NCBI GenBank assembly: GCA_014905635.1
Contig: JABVCE010000029.1
Coordinates: 186,001-250,000, forward strand
Direction: 5' to 3'
From: Scenedesmus sp. PABB004
Lineage: Eukaryota
Length of the DNA stretch: 64,000 nucleotides
Below are positions 10,936 through 23,317 of the stretch, one piece after another (position 1 is the first letter of the stretch; every line of letters starts with the position of its first letter). The notes beneath the pieces are model-generated. The model had not been told where the DNA came from and ran no database searches. It was given only the letters and a program-made list of their open reading frames with translations. Position numbers and translations under genes: made by a program.

Positions 10936-13900
10936 ATGGCCCGGCGCTGGCTGGCGGCGGCGCAGGTTCTGCTGCTCGTCCTGGCCGCCTCGGCGCGCTC
11001 GCACAGCGGTGAGAGCCGGCACCGCTCGCTTCCGTGCTGCTCAGCCATCAGCCCTGGGGCTAACCGTGCAGCCGCTGGCGCCGCCGCTGGCACCGCAGGC
11101 CGCCGCACGCTGCTGCAGCAACGGAGCTGCCCGGAGGGCTGCGCAACGACGCCCGGCGCGTGCGTCCCCGACAGCTCAGCGGGCGGCTTTCGGTGCCTTC
11201 AGTGCGTTGACAGCCGCGTCCCGGCGGCGGACGGCAGCTGCGGTGGGTGCCGCAGCGCGCGGCGCCGCGGCGCGCGCAGCACGCACGCCCGAGCGCTGCA
11301 ACGAGCCCCCCCGCCCCGCCTCCACCTGGCAGGCTGCTCGCCGGGCCGCTTCCTGAACGCCAGCACGCGGCGCTGCGACCTCTGCGCCACAGGCAGCTGG
11401 TGCCCCGGCGGCGGCGAGGTCCAGGCGGCTTCGTCGACGGCGTGCGCCTCTGGGCTGACCACGCGCGCGCCCGGGGCCGCGTCGCGCGCCGACTGCGGTG
11501 AGCCCGCCGCCGCTGGGCAGCGCGCACGGCGCCGGTCAGCGCCCGCGCGCGGGGCTCACCGCACACGCCGCCCCCGGCACACAGTCAACGCGCCCGGCTA
11601 CAGCTTTGGCCTGGACGGCAGCGGCGCGCCCAGCGCGACGCCCTGCCCCGCGCACTCGTACTCGATCGGCTACCTGCGCCAGCCACGCTGCACGCCGTGC
11701 GCCAGGGGCCTGCGCACAAATAACACGGGCGCTGACGCCACGCGCACCTCTGCGGCGGTGTGCCGTGAGTCGCCGCTGCTGCGTGCCGCGCGCACGCACG
11801 CGCGCGCCGTCCGGGCGGGGAGGCGCAGCAGCCAGCCAAGCGCAGCGGGCGCTGGGCGAGCCCTCCTGCTTGCTGCCACGACGGCTGACGTGAGCGCGCC
11901 GCCGCCGCGCCGCAGTGGTGCCGCCCGGCTGGCGCTGGGGCGCCGGCGCCGCCGCCCGCTGCGCGCGCGGCACGTTCCGCGCGGGCTGGGCGCTGCCGGG
12001 CGTGGATGCTGCGACCTGCGCGGCGTGCCCCAACGGCACCACCACTACTGGCACCGCCAGCACCAGCTGCTCAGGTGAGGGGCGCGCCGCGGGGCGCAGC
12101 TGGTGCTCTGCTGCGCTGCCAAGCACTCCCTCGGCTGACGGCGCCGGCCTGGTGCACCCGCAGCTGTCGCGGCGGGCTTCTATTGGCAGGACGCCGCCAC
12201 CGTGGCGCCGTGCCCGCTGGACAGCTTTTGCCCCGGCTCCACGCTGCCGCCGGCGTCCGGCGTGGGCAGCACCTTGTGCAGCAGCATCCGAGGCGGGCTG
12301 CGGACGCAGGCGACGGCGACGAGCACGTCCGACGGCTGCCGTGAGTGGCGGCGCGTCGGCGGCAGGGCGCGCGGGGCGCCGGTGCTGGCGGCGGGGGGCG
12401 CCTGGTGTGGGTGGGCGCGTGCGCCAGGGCGCGCTCGAGACGCCGCCCTGCCTGCCCGTTCGCCGTGCGCGCAGTCATCCCGCCGGGCTACTACGGCGTG
12501 GCCGGTGGGAACGTGAGCAAGTGCAGCAATAATGCTGGCGGCCAGGGCTTTTACCAGCCAAGCTGGCTGCCCGGCAACTCCAGCGACGCGTGCCAGGCGT
12601 GCGGCGCGGGCATTCTGTCGGAGGACAGGGAGCTCAGCGGCGTGCCCGGCGATGCGACGCCAGTGCCCCGCACGTCGGCGTCCTGCTGTGAGTGCACACG
12701 CACGCGTGCGCGCTGCTGCTGCAAGGGCTGTCTTTGCTGCTGTGCACGTCGCCTCATGCCCGCCCGCCTGCCGGCCGCGCAGACATCACGGGCGGGCAGA
12801 GCGTCGTGCTGTCGAGCGTGCTGGAGGCGGCGATGCTCATCAACCCCACGCCCCCCGTCCGGGCGGCACCCTGCAGCGGCAGCACCCAGTACAGCACAGT
12901 GGGTTCAAATACCAAGCAGTATGGCCTCAACCTCACGCGCTGCGGCGAGTGCACGCGCGGCACGATCGTGCCCGTCCCGTTAGCCACCGGCAACATCGGG
13001 CTCGCGTCGTGCAGCAGCGTGACGGCCGGCTTTGGCTACGACCCCGCCGCCAGCTCGCTCGTCACGGCTGTGGCCAGCACCAAGCCCTGCCCAGGTGCGG
13101 TTGGCGGGCAGCTCGGGGCGGGCGGGCGGCCGCAGATTGGTTTGGCGTGTGCGCGCGTGACGCCCACGGCGCGTGACGCCCGCCGCACCGCCGCCCGCGC
13201 GCCTTGCCCCGCAGCCAACAGCAATAATCCCAACGCGACGCTGCCAATCACCGTTGGCGGCACCAGCTGCACGTGCGTCGCCGGCACGGGCAGCTACTCG
13301 TTCGCGGCCGGCTGCTCCGCGTGCGGGGACGGCACCTTCAGCACCGGCGGCAGCACGGCGGCGTGCACGTCGTGCGGGTCCAACGCCGGCAGCAGCTCGC
13401 TGCCGCGCACGTCGTCGGCCAACTGCATCTGCAACGCCGGCTACGCCAACTACGTCGCCGGCAGCGGCTGCACACAGTGCGCCGCGGGCTTTGTCCAGCT
13501 CAGCACCAGCCCCCTCGTCTGCGGCGGTTGCAGCGGCAGCCGGACCACCCCCGCGGGCAACGCCACGTCCTGCTGTGAGCGCGCGTGCTGGCCGCCCACC
13601 TTGCGCCCGCGCCTGGCGCGGTTCCCCCCCCCCTCCCTCCCCTGACTGCGCCACGCTCTCGTTTGACCGCGCCGCGCACGCGCGTGCTCGCAGGGTGCCC
13701 TGCCGGCACGGGCGCGCTGTCGGCGAGCGACACCTGCACCGACTGCGGCTTCGGCACCTGGGGCGCGTTTGACGCCACCGACCCCTGCCAGCAGTGCGTG
13801 GTGCCGTTGGTGCCGTCAGTGTCGTTTGGCTCCGTTGGCTCCGTCGCGCTCGTCACGACCGCGGCGACGCGGTCGACCGCGAGCACCGACTGCGTGCGCG

Positions 13901-15828
13901 GCGTGCTGTCGAGCCCGACCGGCATGACGGTCACCACCTCCAGCGCCACCACGGTTCAGGCGTGTGCGACCGCGTGCGCGGGCAACGCCACGTGCGCGTA
14001 CATCACCTACACCCTGGCGGTGGGCGCGCCCAGCCCGGAGCAGAGCGCGTCAGCCGTGACCAGCTGCCGCCTGCACAACGTCGACCCTGGGCTTACTTAT
14101 GACACGTGAGCGGCGCACGCGTGTGTGGCCGGCGCACGGCTGGCTGGCCAGCCGGCGCTGCTGGCGCCCCGCACGCGCTGCCGACGCACACCGCCGACGC
14201 GCGCGTCCTGGCCCCGCGCTCCCCCCTCTTCTCCGCCCCAGGTTCCGGGTGGCGTACAAGCTCTCCAGCAGCACCACCTACTCGTGGTGGCGCCACGTCG
14301 CCAGCCTCGACGCCGCCAGCATCGGCGGCGTCGCGCTGGCGACGTCCAGCGCCAGCAACGTGGCGCAGTGCCTCTCCGACTGCAGCGCCCAGGCGGCGTG
14401 CGCGGCGGTGCTGTTCAACAGCCCCAGCGCAAGCTGGACCGCGACCACGGCCGTCACCTGCACCCTGGTCATGGGCCAGGCGGCCAATGCGACGCTGCCC
14501 GCGGACCGCACGCTCCTCGCAAACGTGGGGGCGTCGGCGTCCAACGCCACCACACCGCTGCCGCAGATTGGTGCGCGCGGGGGCCGGCATGTGCCTTGCT
14601 GGGGGGGGGGGGGGGGGGCACGCTCGCAGGGCCGGTCCCGGCGCAGCCCGCCGCCGTTGGCGCCAGCACGCGCACACGCCGCGGCTGCGCCTGCGCCTGC
14701 GCCTGCTGCGCCGCCCCTGACGCCGCCGTGCGGCGCGCGCGCCCGCAGTGCCAAACTGCCCGGTGGGCACCTACCTCACTGGCTTCACCTGCACGGCCTG
14801 CCCGAGTGGCAAGACCACAGTGGACGCCAACGCCACCAGCGTGATCAGCTGCGGTGAGCGGGCGCCTTGCTCGTCCGCGGCCGGCCTGCCGCGCGGCCGC
14901 GGCGCCCCCGCGCCCCCGCGCCCCCGCGCCGCGCCTGGCCAGTCTCCCTCCTCGCTGAGCCCCGCCGCCCCGCCCGCCCCGCCCGGCCGCAGTGTGCGCC
15001 ACCGGCTCGTGGGGCACGTCCGGCTCGACCGGCACCTGCACGCAGTGCGCCGTGCCCGCCGTCGTGACCACCGGATCCGCCAACTCTGCCATCGCGCTCG
15101 TCGTCACGCTCGCCCCGCCCAACAACGGCGCCGCGACGGCGTGCGGGCGCGGCGCGTGGGTCGCGCCCAGCGGCGGCGTGTACGTGGGGACGTCCGCGGT
15201 GCTGGGAAACGGGCAGGACAAGGTCCAGGACTGCATCAACGCCTGCGCGCGTGCGTCGAGCTGCCAGTACATCACCTTCACGCTGCAGCAGGGCAGCAAG
15301 TTCAACGACCCCGAGGGCGCCGTCCTCAACATCAGGACCTGCAACCTCTACGGCCTCGCCGGCAACGCGACCACGTCCAGCGGGTGCGCGCCGCGGCCGC
15401 GGCAGCGGCGCAGCGCGCAGCGGGCAGCGGGCGCAGCGCGCGCGCGCGGTGCGACGCGCGCCCACGCGCGCCGGCCGCCCCACAGGTACCGTGTCGCCTA
15501 CCGGCGCACGCCGGCGGCCGGCGGCGACTACTCGTGGTGGCGCCACATCGCGAGCGTCAGCGCCGGCAGCATCGGCGGCTTCCAGCTCCCGCTGCCGCCG
15601 GCGCTCGCCTCGGCGCCGACGCGCTCTGTGCAGCAGTGCCTGGACGCCTGCGACGCCTACGTGTCATGCAGCGCGGTGCTGTTCAACTTGGATGCGTTCG
15701 GCGCGGCCAACCCCGCGCTCACGTCCACCGTGACCGCGTGCACGCTCGTCTCGGGGCAGGTCGCCTCTGACGTGTCAGTCCGCACGATGGTGCTGCAGCG
15801 CGCCTCCACCATCGCCGCGCCGAGCTGA
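10936..15828 (+). CDS. Secreted Cys-rich protein, tandem paralog 1 (CxxC repeats plus four PAN/apple-like modules), multi-exon
   Basis: Signal peptide MARRWLAAAQVLLLVLAASARSHS; RRTLLQQRSCPEGC; repeats CDLCATGSWCPGG, CSACGDGTFS, CTACPSGKTT; modules CATACAGNATCAYITY, CLSDCSAQAACAAVLF, CINACARASSCQYITF, CLDACDAYVSCSAVLF; mostly phase-1 GT-AG introns; stop after STIAAPS. Confidence 0.88.
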
Positions 15829-16507
15829 CGCGTGGGGTGCGCGCACATATGCATAGCGAGTGTCACGACACCAATAACACCAAAAGGCGTACTGTTGTTG
15901 GCCCAAAGGACATGTTGGCACAAAGGAGGAGTCCCATGAGCACAGAAGAAGACATAAGCCAGCGCAAGCCGTGCCGCAGCGGCCGCTGCGGCGGGGCCTC
16001 GCAAGCCCTGCAAGCGTTGCCGGCTTCCTTCCCACTGGTGGTGCGACTATTGCGGCTGGTGGTGCGACTGTGGCTGGACAAACCTGCGCTTTTTCTTTCC
16101 CGGGTGGACCCCGCGTTGGCGTTGGCGCGCGGGAGCGCGCTCTTGTTGGCGTCGGTGTGGACTGGACTGACATAAGGGGCGCCCCGCGCCCTGCGCCCTG
16201 CGCGGCGCAGGTCGCAGCGCGCGGTCGGCGCGCGCGGCCCGTGGTGCGCGCGGCGCGTGCGCCCGGCGGCGTGCCACGGACCGCCGTTTTTTGTGACCGC
16301 GACAAGCCACCCCTGTTGTCGCCCACGATGGCGGGCCTGGGCGCGGCGGCACAGGCCACGGGGGCGGCGGCGGACCGGGGTCAGGGGCGAGGGTTGGGCG
16401 CGCGCGCGCGGGCCGAGGAGGTGCTGCGCGCGCGTGGCGGCGGCGGCGGCGCCGCCGCACCCGGCCTGCACCCTCGCGGCGACGCCCTCGTGCATGCCTC
16501 TGTGTCG

Positions 16508-16512
16508 TGTAA
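16508..16512 (+). terminator. Candidate poly(A) signal TGTAA for paralog 1
   Basis: tgtaa 680 nt downstream of the stop. Confidence 0.4.
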
Positions 16513-17228
16513 CTGCATCGCCCCTGTACGGCCCCGCCCAGCACGCCAGCACGCCGCCAGCAGCAGCAGCGGCAGCAGCAGCGGCGGTGCCAGCCGGCTG
16601 GTGAACACGCCCGACTCGCACGAGCGCGGGGCACGCGAGGCACGCGCCAAGCGCGGTGCACTCTGCGCGCGCGCACTGCGTGGGGCCCTGTCCTCCGCCC
16701 CCCCCCCCCCTCCCCTCCCCACACACACAGCCACACAGCAGCAGCAGCCACCCGCCGCCGAGGGCGGCGCGCCGGCGCGCGCGCTCCGCCCAGCCGGTCG
16801 GTCCCGCGTCAGCCCCAGCAGCGCTTTACCTGCAGCCCTGCTGTCGGAAGCGCAGCGTGCTGTCGGAGGGGCAGCCCAAGCGCGCGAAGCCAGCGCGCGC
16901 AGGCGGGGGCGAACCAGGGCCGCCCTGGTCAGGGAGGGCTCGTTCGGCCACGCGAGTGGCATCTCCGCGCAGATGGGAGTGCTACGAGCCACCCTGGGTC
17001 GGGCCGCTGTGAGCCGGCGAGCGGGGCCGACGGCGAACCGGCGACTTCGCACGCGCGCGCGCGCGCAAAGACCGCACCCTCCCCCTGCCCTTCGCCCACT
17101 CCCACGCGCGCTCCCGCGCCCGCCTCTGCCCGGAACGTGGCCCCACAGCAGCGCCCAGGCTCCTCCCCGCAGGCGGCGCCATCTGAAGAGCGCCCCGCCC
17201 GGTCCGCGGCTCGCCCGCGCCTGCCGCC

Positions 17229-17258
17229 ATGGGCAGCGCCGACCACCGAGCCGCATGA
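17229..17258 (+). promoter_or_regulatory. Short uORF MGSADHRAA* whose stop overlaps an in-frame upstream ATG (ATGA at 17255-17258)
   Basis: Read directly from sequence. Confidence 0.45.
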
Positions 17259-17281
17259 CGCGCCAGAGCCGCGCCAGGGCC

Positions 17282-20200
17282 ATGGCCCGGCGCTGGCTGG
17301 CCGCGGCGCAGCTCCTGCTGCTCGTCCTGGCCGCCTCGGCGCGCTCGCACAGTGGTGAGGGCCTGCACCGCTCACTTCCGTGCTGCAGAGCGCCAGGCCT
17401 GGCCTGAGCGGCACTGCTGCCGCCGCCGCAGGCGCCGCCGCAGGCCGCCGCACGCTGCTGCAGCAACGGAGCTGCCCGGAGGGCTGCGCGACGACGCCCG
17501 GCGCGTGCGTTCCCGACAGCTCAGCGGGCGGCTTCCGGTGCCTTCAGTGCGTCGACAGCCGCGTCCCTGCGGCGGACGGCAGCTGCGGTGGGTGCCGCGG
17601 CGCGCCGGCGCGCGGCACGCGCTGCCCCCCCCCCCCCCCCAACGCTGCATGCAACGAGCCCACCCCCCGCCGCCCCCGCCTGGCAGGCTGCTCGCCGGGC
17701 CGCGTCCTCAACACCAGCACGCGGCGCTGCGACCTCTGCGCCACCGGCAGCTGGTGCCCCGGCGGCGGCGAGGTTCAGGCCGCGTCGTCGACGGCGTGCG
17801 CCGCCGGGCTGACCACGCGCGCGCCCGGGGCCTCGTCGCGCGCCGACTGCGGTGAGCCCGCAGCCGGCGCTGGGCAGCGCGCACGGCGCCGGTCAGCGCC
17901 GGCGCGCGCGGCTCACCGCGCACGCCGCCCCGCGCACGCAGTCAACGCGCCCGGCTACAGCTTTGGCCTGGACGCCAGCGGCGCGCCCAGCGCGACGCCC
18001 TGCCCCGCGCACTCGTACTCGGTTGGCTACCTGCGCCAGCCGCGCTGCACGCCGTGCGCCAGGGGCCTGCGCACAAATAACACGGGCGCCGACACCACAC
18101 GCACCTCTGCGGCGGTGTGCCGTGAGTCGCCGCTGGCTGCGAGACGCGCGCGCCGGCCGGGCAGGGAGGCGCAGCAGCCAGCCAAGTGCAGCGGGCGCCG
18201 GCCGAGCCGCCCTGCCTGCTGCCGCGACGGCTGACGTCGACACGCCGCCGCCGCGCCGCAGTGGTGCCGCCCGGCCGGCGCTGGGGCGCCGGCGCGGCTG
18301 TCCGCTGCGCGCGCGGCACATTCCGCGCGGGCTGGGCGGTGCCGGGCGTGGATGCCGCCACGTGCGCGGCGTGCCCCACCGGCGCCACCACTAATGGCAC
18401 TGGGAGCACAAACTGCACAGGTGAGGGGCGCGCCGCGCGGCGCAGCTTGTGCACCGCTGCGCTGCCGCCGCGCCGCCGCCACGCCGCCGCCACCACCGCG
18501 CGCTCCCTCCCTTGGCTGACGGCGCCGGCCTGGCGCGCCCGCAGCTGTCGCGGCGGGCTTCTATTGGCAGGACGGCACCACCGTGGCGCCGTGCCCGCTG
18601 GACAGCTATTGCCCCGGCTCCACGCTGGATCCGGCGGCCGGCGTGGGCAGCATTGCGTGCAGCAGCATCCGCGCCGGGCTGCGGACGCAGAGGACTGGGA
18701 CGAGCACGCCCGACGGCTGCCGTGAGTGGCGGCGCGCCGACGGCAGGGCGCGCTGGCGGCGGGGCGCGTGCGCCAGGGCGCGCTTGACACGCCGCCCTGC
18801 CTGGCCGCTCGCGGCTGCGCGCGCAGTGATCCCGCCGGGCTACTACGGCGTGGCCGGCGGGGTCGTGAGCAAGTGCAGCAATAACGTTGGCGGCCAGGGC
18901 TTTTACCAGCCAAGCTGGCTGCCCGGCAACTCCAGCGACGCGTGCCAGGCGTGCGGCGCGGGCATTCTGTCGGAGGACAGGGAATCCAGCGCCGTGCCCG
19001 GCGATGCGACTTTGGTGCCCCGCACGTCGGCGTCCTGCTGTGAGTGCACGAGCACGCGTGCACGCTGCTGCGGCAAGGGCTGCCGCTGCCGCTGCTGCGC
19101 GCCATGCCTCATGCCCGCCCGCCTGCCGGCCGCGCAGACATCACAGGCGGGCAGAGCGTCGTGCTGTCGAGCGTGCTCGAGGCGGCAATGCTCATCAACC
19201 CCACGCCCCCCGTCCGGGCGGCGACCTGCAACGGCAGCACCCAGTATAGCACAGTGAGTTCAAGTACCAGGCAGTACGGCCTCAACCTCACGCGTTGCGG
19301 GGAGTGCACGCGCGGCACGATTGTGCCCGTCCCCTTGGCCTCCGGCAACATCGGGCTCGCGTCGTGCAGCAGCGTGACGGCCGGCTTTGGCTACGACCCT
19401 GCCGCCAGCTCGCTCGTCACGGCGGTGGCCAGCACCAAGCCCTGCCCAGGTGCGGCTGGCGGGCGGCGGGGGGCGGGCAGTGAGTGGCAGATCGGTTTGG
19501 CGTGCGCGCGCGTGACGCAGCTCTCTCGTTTGTGTGTGCACGCGTCACGCCCGCCGCACCGCCCGCACGCCTTGCCCCTCAGCCAACAGCAATAACCTCG
19601 TGGCTGCGCAGTCCATCACCGTCGGCGGCACCAGCTGCACGTGCGTCGCCGGCACGGGCAGCTACTCGTTCACGGCCGGCTGCTCCGCGTGCGGGGACGG
19701 CACCTTCAGCACCGGCGGCAGCACGGCGGCGTGCACGTCGTGCGGTCCCAACGCCGGCGGCAGCACGCTGCCGCGCACGTCGTCGGCCAACTGCACCTGC
19801 AACGCCGGCTACGCCACCTACGCCTCACCCAGCAGTGGCTGCACACAGTGCACCACGGGCTTCTTCCGGACGAGCCCCGTCGGCGCCATCCCCGTCGCGT
19901 GCACCGCGTGCAACGGCACCCGCACCACCGCCGGGCCCGGCACAGGCAACTTCACGTCCTGCTGTGAGCGCGCGTGCTGGCCCGCCCGTCCGCCCTGCGC
20001 ACGCTGCTGCGCCCTGGCCGCGCCCTGGCCGCGCCCTGGCCGCGCCCTGGCCGCGCTCTGCCGCGCCCTGGCCGCGCCCTGACCGCCCCGCGCGCGCGCT
20101 CGCAGGGTGCCCCGCCGGCACGGGCGCGCTGCTCACGGGCGGCACCTGCGCCGACTGCGCCATCGGCAGCTGGGGCGCGTTTGACGCTTCCGACCCCTGC

Positions 20201-22225
20201 CAGCAGTGCGTGGTGCCGACGGTGCCGTCGGTGTCGTTTGGCTCCGTTGGCGCCGTCGCGCTCGTCACGACCGCGGCGACGAGGTCGACCGCGAGCACCG
20301 ACTGCGTGCGCGGTGTGCTGTCGAGCCCGACCGGCATGACGGTCACGACCTCCAGCGCCGCCACGGTGCAGGCGTGTGCGGACGCGTGCGCGGGCAGCGC
20401 CGCGTGCGCCTACATCACCTACACCCTGGCGGTGGGCGCGCCCAGCCCCGAGCAGAGCACGTCGCTGTTGACCACGTCCAGCTGCCGCCTGCACAGCGTC
20501 AACACCGCGACTGTGGACGACACGTGCGTAGCGCGCGCGGCTGGCGCTCCGCCAGCCACCGGGCAGCGTTGCTGGTGTCCTGCGCCCGCCGCAGACGCGC
20601 ACGCGGCCGACAAGCCCGCCCGCGGGCCTGCCCCCTGCGCTCCCCTCCCCTCTGCCGCAGGTTCCGGCTGGCGTACAAGCTCGCCAGCAGCACCACCTAC
20701 TCGTGGTGGCGCCACATTGCCAGCCTCAGCGCCGCCAGCATCGGCGGCCTCGCGCTGGCGACGTCCAGCGCCAGCAACGTGGCACAGTGCCTCTCCGACT
20801 GCAGCGCCCAGGCAGCGTGCGCGGCGGTGCTGCTCAACAGCCCCAGCGCCAGCTGGTCCGCGATCACGGCCGTCAGCTGCACCCTGGTCAGGGGCCAGGC
20901 GGCCAATGCGACGCTGCCCGCGGACCGCACGCTCCTTGCCAACCTGGCGTCGTTGGCATCGAGTGCCACCAGCCCGCTGCCGTCAATAGGTGCGTGCGCG
21001 TGCTGGCCTGTGTCTGGCTGGGATTGGGGCATGCGCGCGGCGCCTGTGCCGATGCAGCCCGCCGCCGTCGGCGCCGGCGCCCGCACGCCGCGGCTGCGCC
21101 GCCCCTGACGCCGCCGTGCGGCTCGCGCCCCCCGCAGTGCCCAACTGCCCGGTGGGCACCTACCTCACTGGCTTCACCTGCACGGCCTGCCCGAGTGGCA
21201 AGACCACAGTGGACGCCAGCGCCAACAGCGTGAACAGCTGTGGTGAGCGGGCAACTCGCTCTGCCACGGCCGGCCGAGCGGCCGCGCCGCCCTGGCGCCT
21301 GGCCCGCCCCGCTCCGCCCTGGCCCCTCTTTCTCCGCCTGACCCCGCCACCTGCCCCGCCCGGCTGCAGTGTGCCCCACGGGCTGGTGGGGCCTCTCCGG
21401 CTCATCTGGGGCCTGCACGCAGTGCGCCCCGCCCACCCAGGTCCCAAAATCTGGCAACAAAGAGAAAACTGCCGTCACGCTGGTGGTCGTGGCCGCCCCA
21501 CCCGACAACCTCGATGCCGCGGCGTGTGGGCGCGGCGTGTTTGGCACACCCAGCAGCGACGCGTACGTGGCGACAAGCAAAGCCTTCAAGAAAACGGAGA
21601 AGGTGAAGGAGTGCATTGAAGCCTGCGCCGAGATCACCAGCGGCAAGAGCGGCAGCACCGACGTGTCTGGCTGCCACTACGTCACCTATACGCTCGCTGA
21701 CGACCAAAAGGGGGCCGACAAGGAGGAGGAGCAGCTGATCGTGCCGGACAGCTGCACGGTCGTCGGTCTCGCGAGCCCCGACAGAGCGGCCCCCGGGTGC
21801 GCCGCGCCGCGCGGCCGCGGCCGCGCTCGGCGGCGCGGCGCGCAGCGCGCGCGCGCGGTGCGACGCGCGCCCACGCGCGCCGGCCGCCCCGCAGGTACCG
21901 CGTCGCCTACAAGCGCGCGGCGCGCGGCGACTACTCGTGGTGGGTCCACGTCGACAGCGTCGACGCGGCCAGCGTCGGGGGCTCCCCGCTGCGCGCCGCC
22001 GCGTCGCCGCGGACGGTGCAGGAGTGCCTGGAGGTGTGCAGCGCGGACGTGTCGTGCGGCGCGGTGCTGTTTGACCTGGGCGGCGAGGAGAAGCTGTCGC
22101 TGACGTCCGACGTCAAGTCGTGCAAGCTGGTGGCGGGGCAGGCCGCCAAAGACCCGGCGAGCCGCACGCTGGTGCTGCAGCTCACGTCGTCCGCCATCGA
22201 CGCCCCCGCGGGGCGGAAAGTCTAG
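17282..22225 (+). CDS. Secreted Cys-rich protein, tandem paralog 2 (Lys/Glu-rich variant of the C-terminal modules)
   Basis: Same signal peptide and exon structure as paralog 1; alternative in-frame ATG at 17255; ends ...DAPAGRKV* (TAG). Confidence 0.88.
20011..20086 (+). repeat. Intronic 11-bp minisatellite GCCCTGGCCGC, about 7 units
   Basis: Units at 20011, 20022, 20033, 20044, degenerate 20055, 20065, final GCCCTGACCGC at 20076. Confidence 0.9.
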
Positions 22226-23264
22226 CCTAGGCGCACGCTTGTTGTTGCTGTTTGGCGCGGGACTGGCTGGCCCCACAGCCACAGCCCCCTTGCCAATGGC
22301 CTCCCTCCCCTGCCTCCCCTCACCCTGCCAGCACCCGGCATTGTGCCACTGCTATTGCGAACCCAATTGACCCAGCCAACCATGATCCCCGGGCGGCCTC
22401 GGCGATATTGACAGGAGTGCGAAGGAAGATCAAGCATTGCCGATTGACAAATGAATAAGGCCGCGGCGGACGTCGTGCAGAGAGCGGAGTGCCGCTGTGC
22501 ACGACGTCTGCGACGCGCGCGCCCTGCGGCGGTGCCGCCGCGTTGTGCGTGTGTGCGTGTGCGTTGCGACCGCCACCGGCCCCCCTTGTTGGCCTTGTTG
22601 GCCCCATCCACAAGGCGGCGGCCGCGTGCTGAGCGGGGCGCAGCAGAGAGCAAGCAGGCAGGCCCTCGCACCGAGCCAATAACGAAACCAGGCTTTTGTT
22701 GACCGCGACAAGTCGCCCCTGCGTGCTCCCACTCACCACACACTCTTGCCAGCCCGCCCGCGCGCCGCTCGCCCGCCCCCCCCCCCCCCCCCCGCCCACC
22801 GCGCGCCGCCGTCCGCCACGACGCCGGCGTGCAGGCGGCGGCAGGGCCGGTCCTTCCCACCTCAGGGGGCTCAGCAGCAGCCTCCCCCGAGGCGCCAGGC
22901 AGGAGCAGCAGCCTCGGAGCTGGCCGCAGTCAGTGAAGGCGCGCGGGGCGTCCAGGCCCACCCGAAGCCGCTCGGAAAGCTCCCGTACTGTGTATCTCAA
23001 AGGCTGAGACCGCACGAGCGCACCTGTGCGCGGGAGCGGGCAACTTCGCAGCGGCCGGCGAGCTGTGAAAGGGCGACCCAGGCCCTACCGTCGCGCAGCG
23101 GCCTTCCCCCGCCCCGGCGCCCGCGCAGGAGCCACTCCGTGTCCCACCCGACCTCCCGCGCTACGCTGCAAGCCCATTAGCCGTGCGCCCGAGAGCTGCT
23201 CGCCGTTGCAGCGCATCCCTGCTTCCCCGCCCGCCCGGTCCGCGGCTCGCCCGCGCCAGCCGGC

Positions 23265-23294
23265 ATGGGCAGTGCAGGCCACCGAGCCAGATGA
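23265..23294 (+). promoter_or_regulatory. Short uORF MGSAGHRAR* whose stop overlaps an in-frame upstream ATG (ATGA at 23291-23294)
   Basis: Read directly from sequence. Confidence 0.45.
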
Positions 23295-23317
23295 GCCGGC
23301 AGAGCCGCGCCAGGGCC

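Noticed and set aside
22226..23260. Possible transposon or RNA gene in the AT-richer spacer between paralogs 2 and 3
   Set aside because: No terminal repeats, transposase remnants or recognisable tRNA/rRNA/snRNA motifs; consistent with UTR and promoter sequence.
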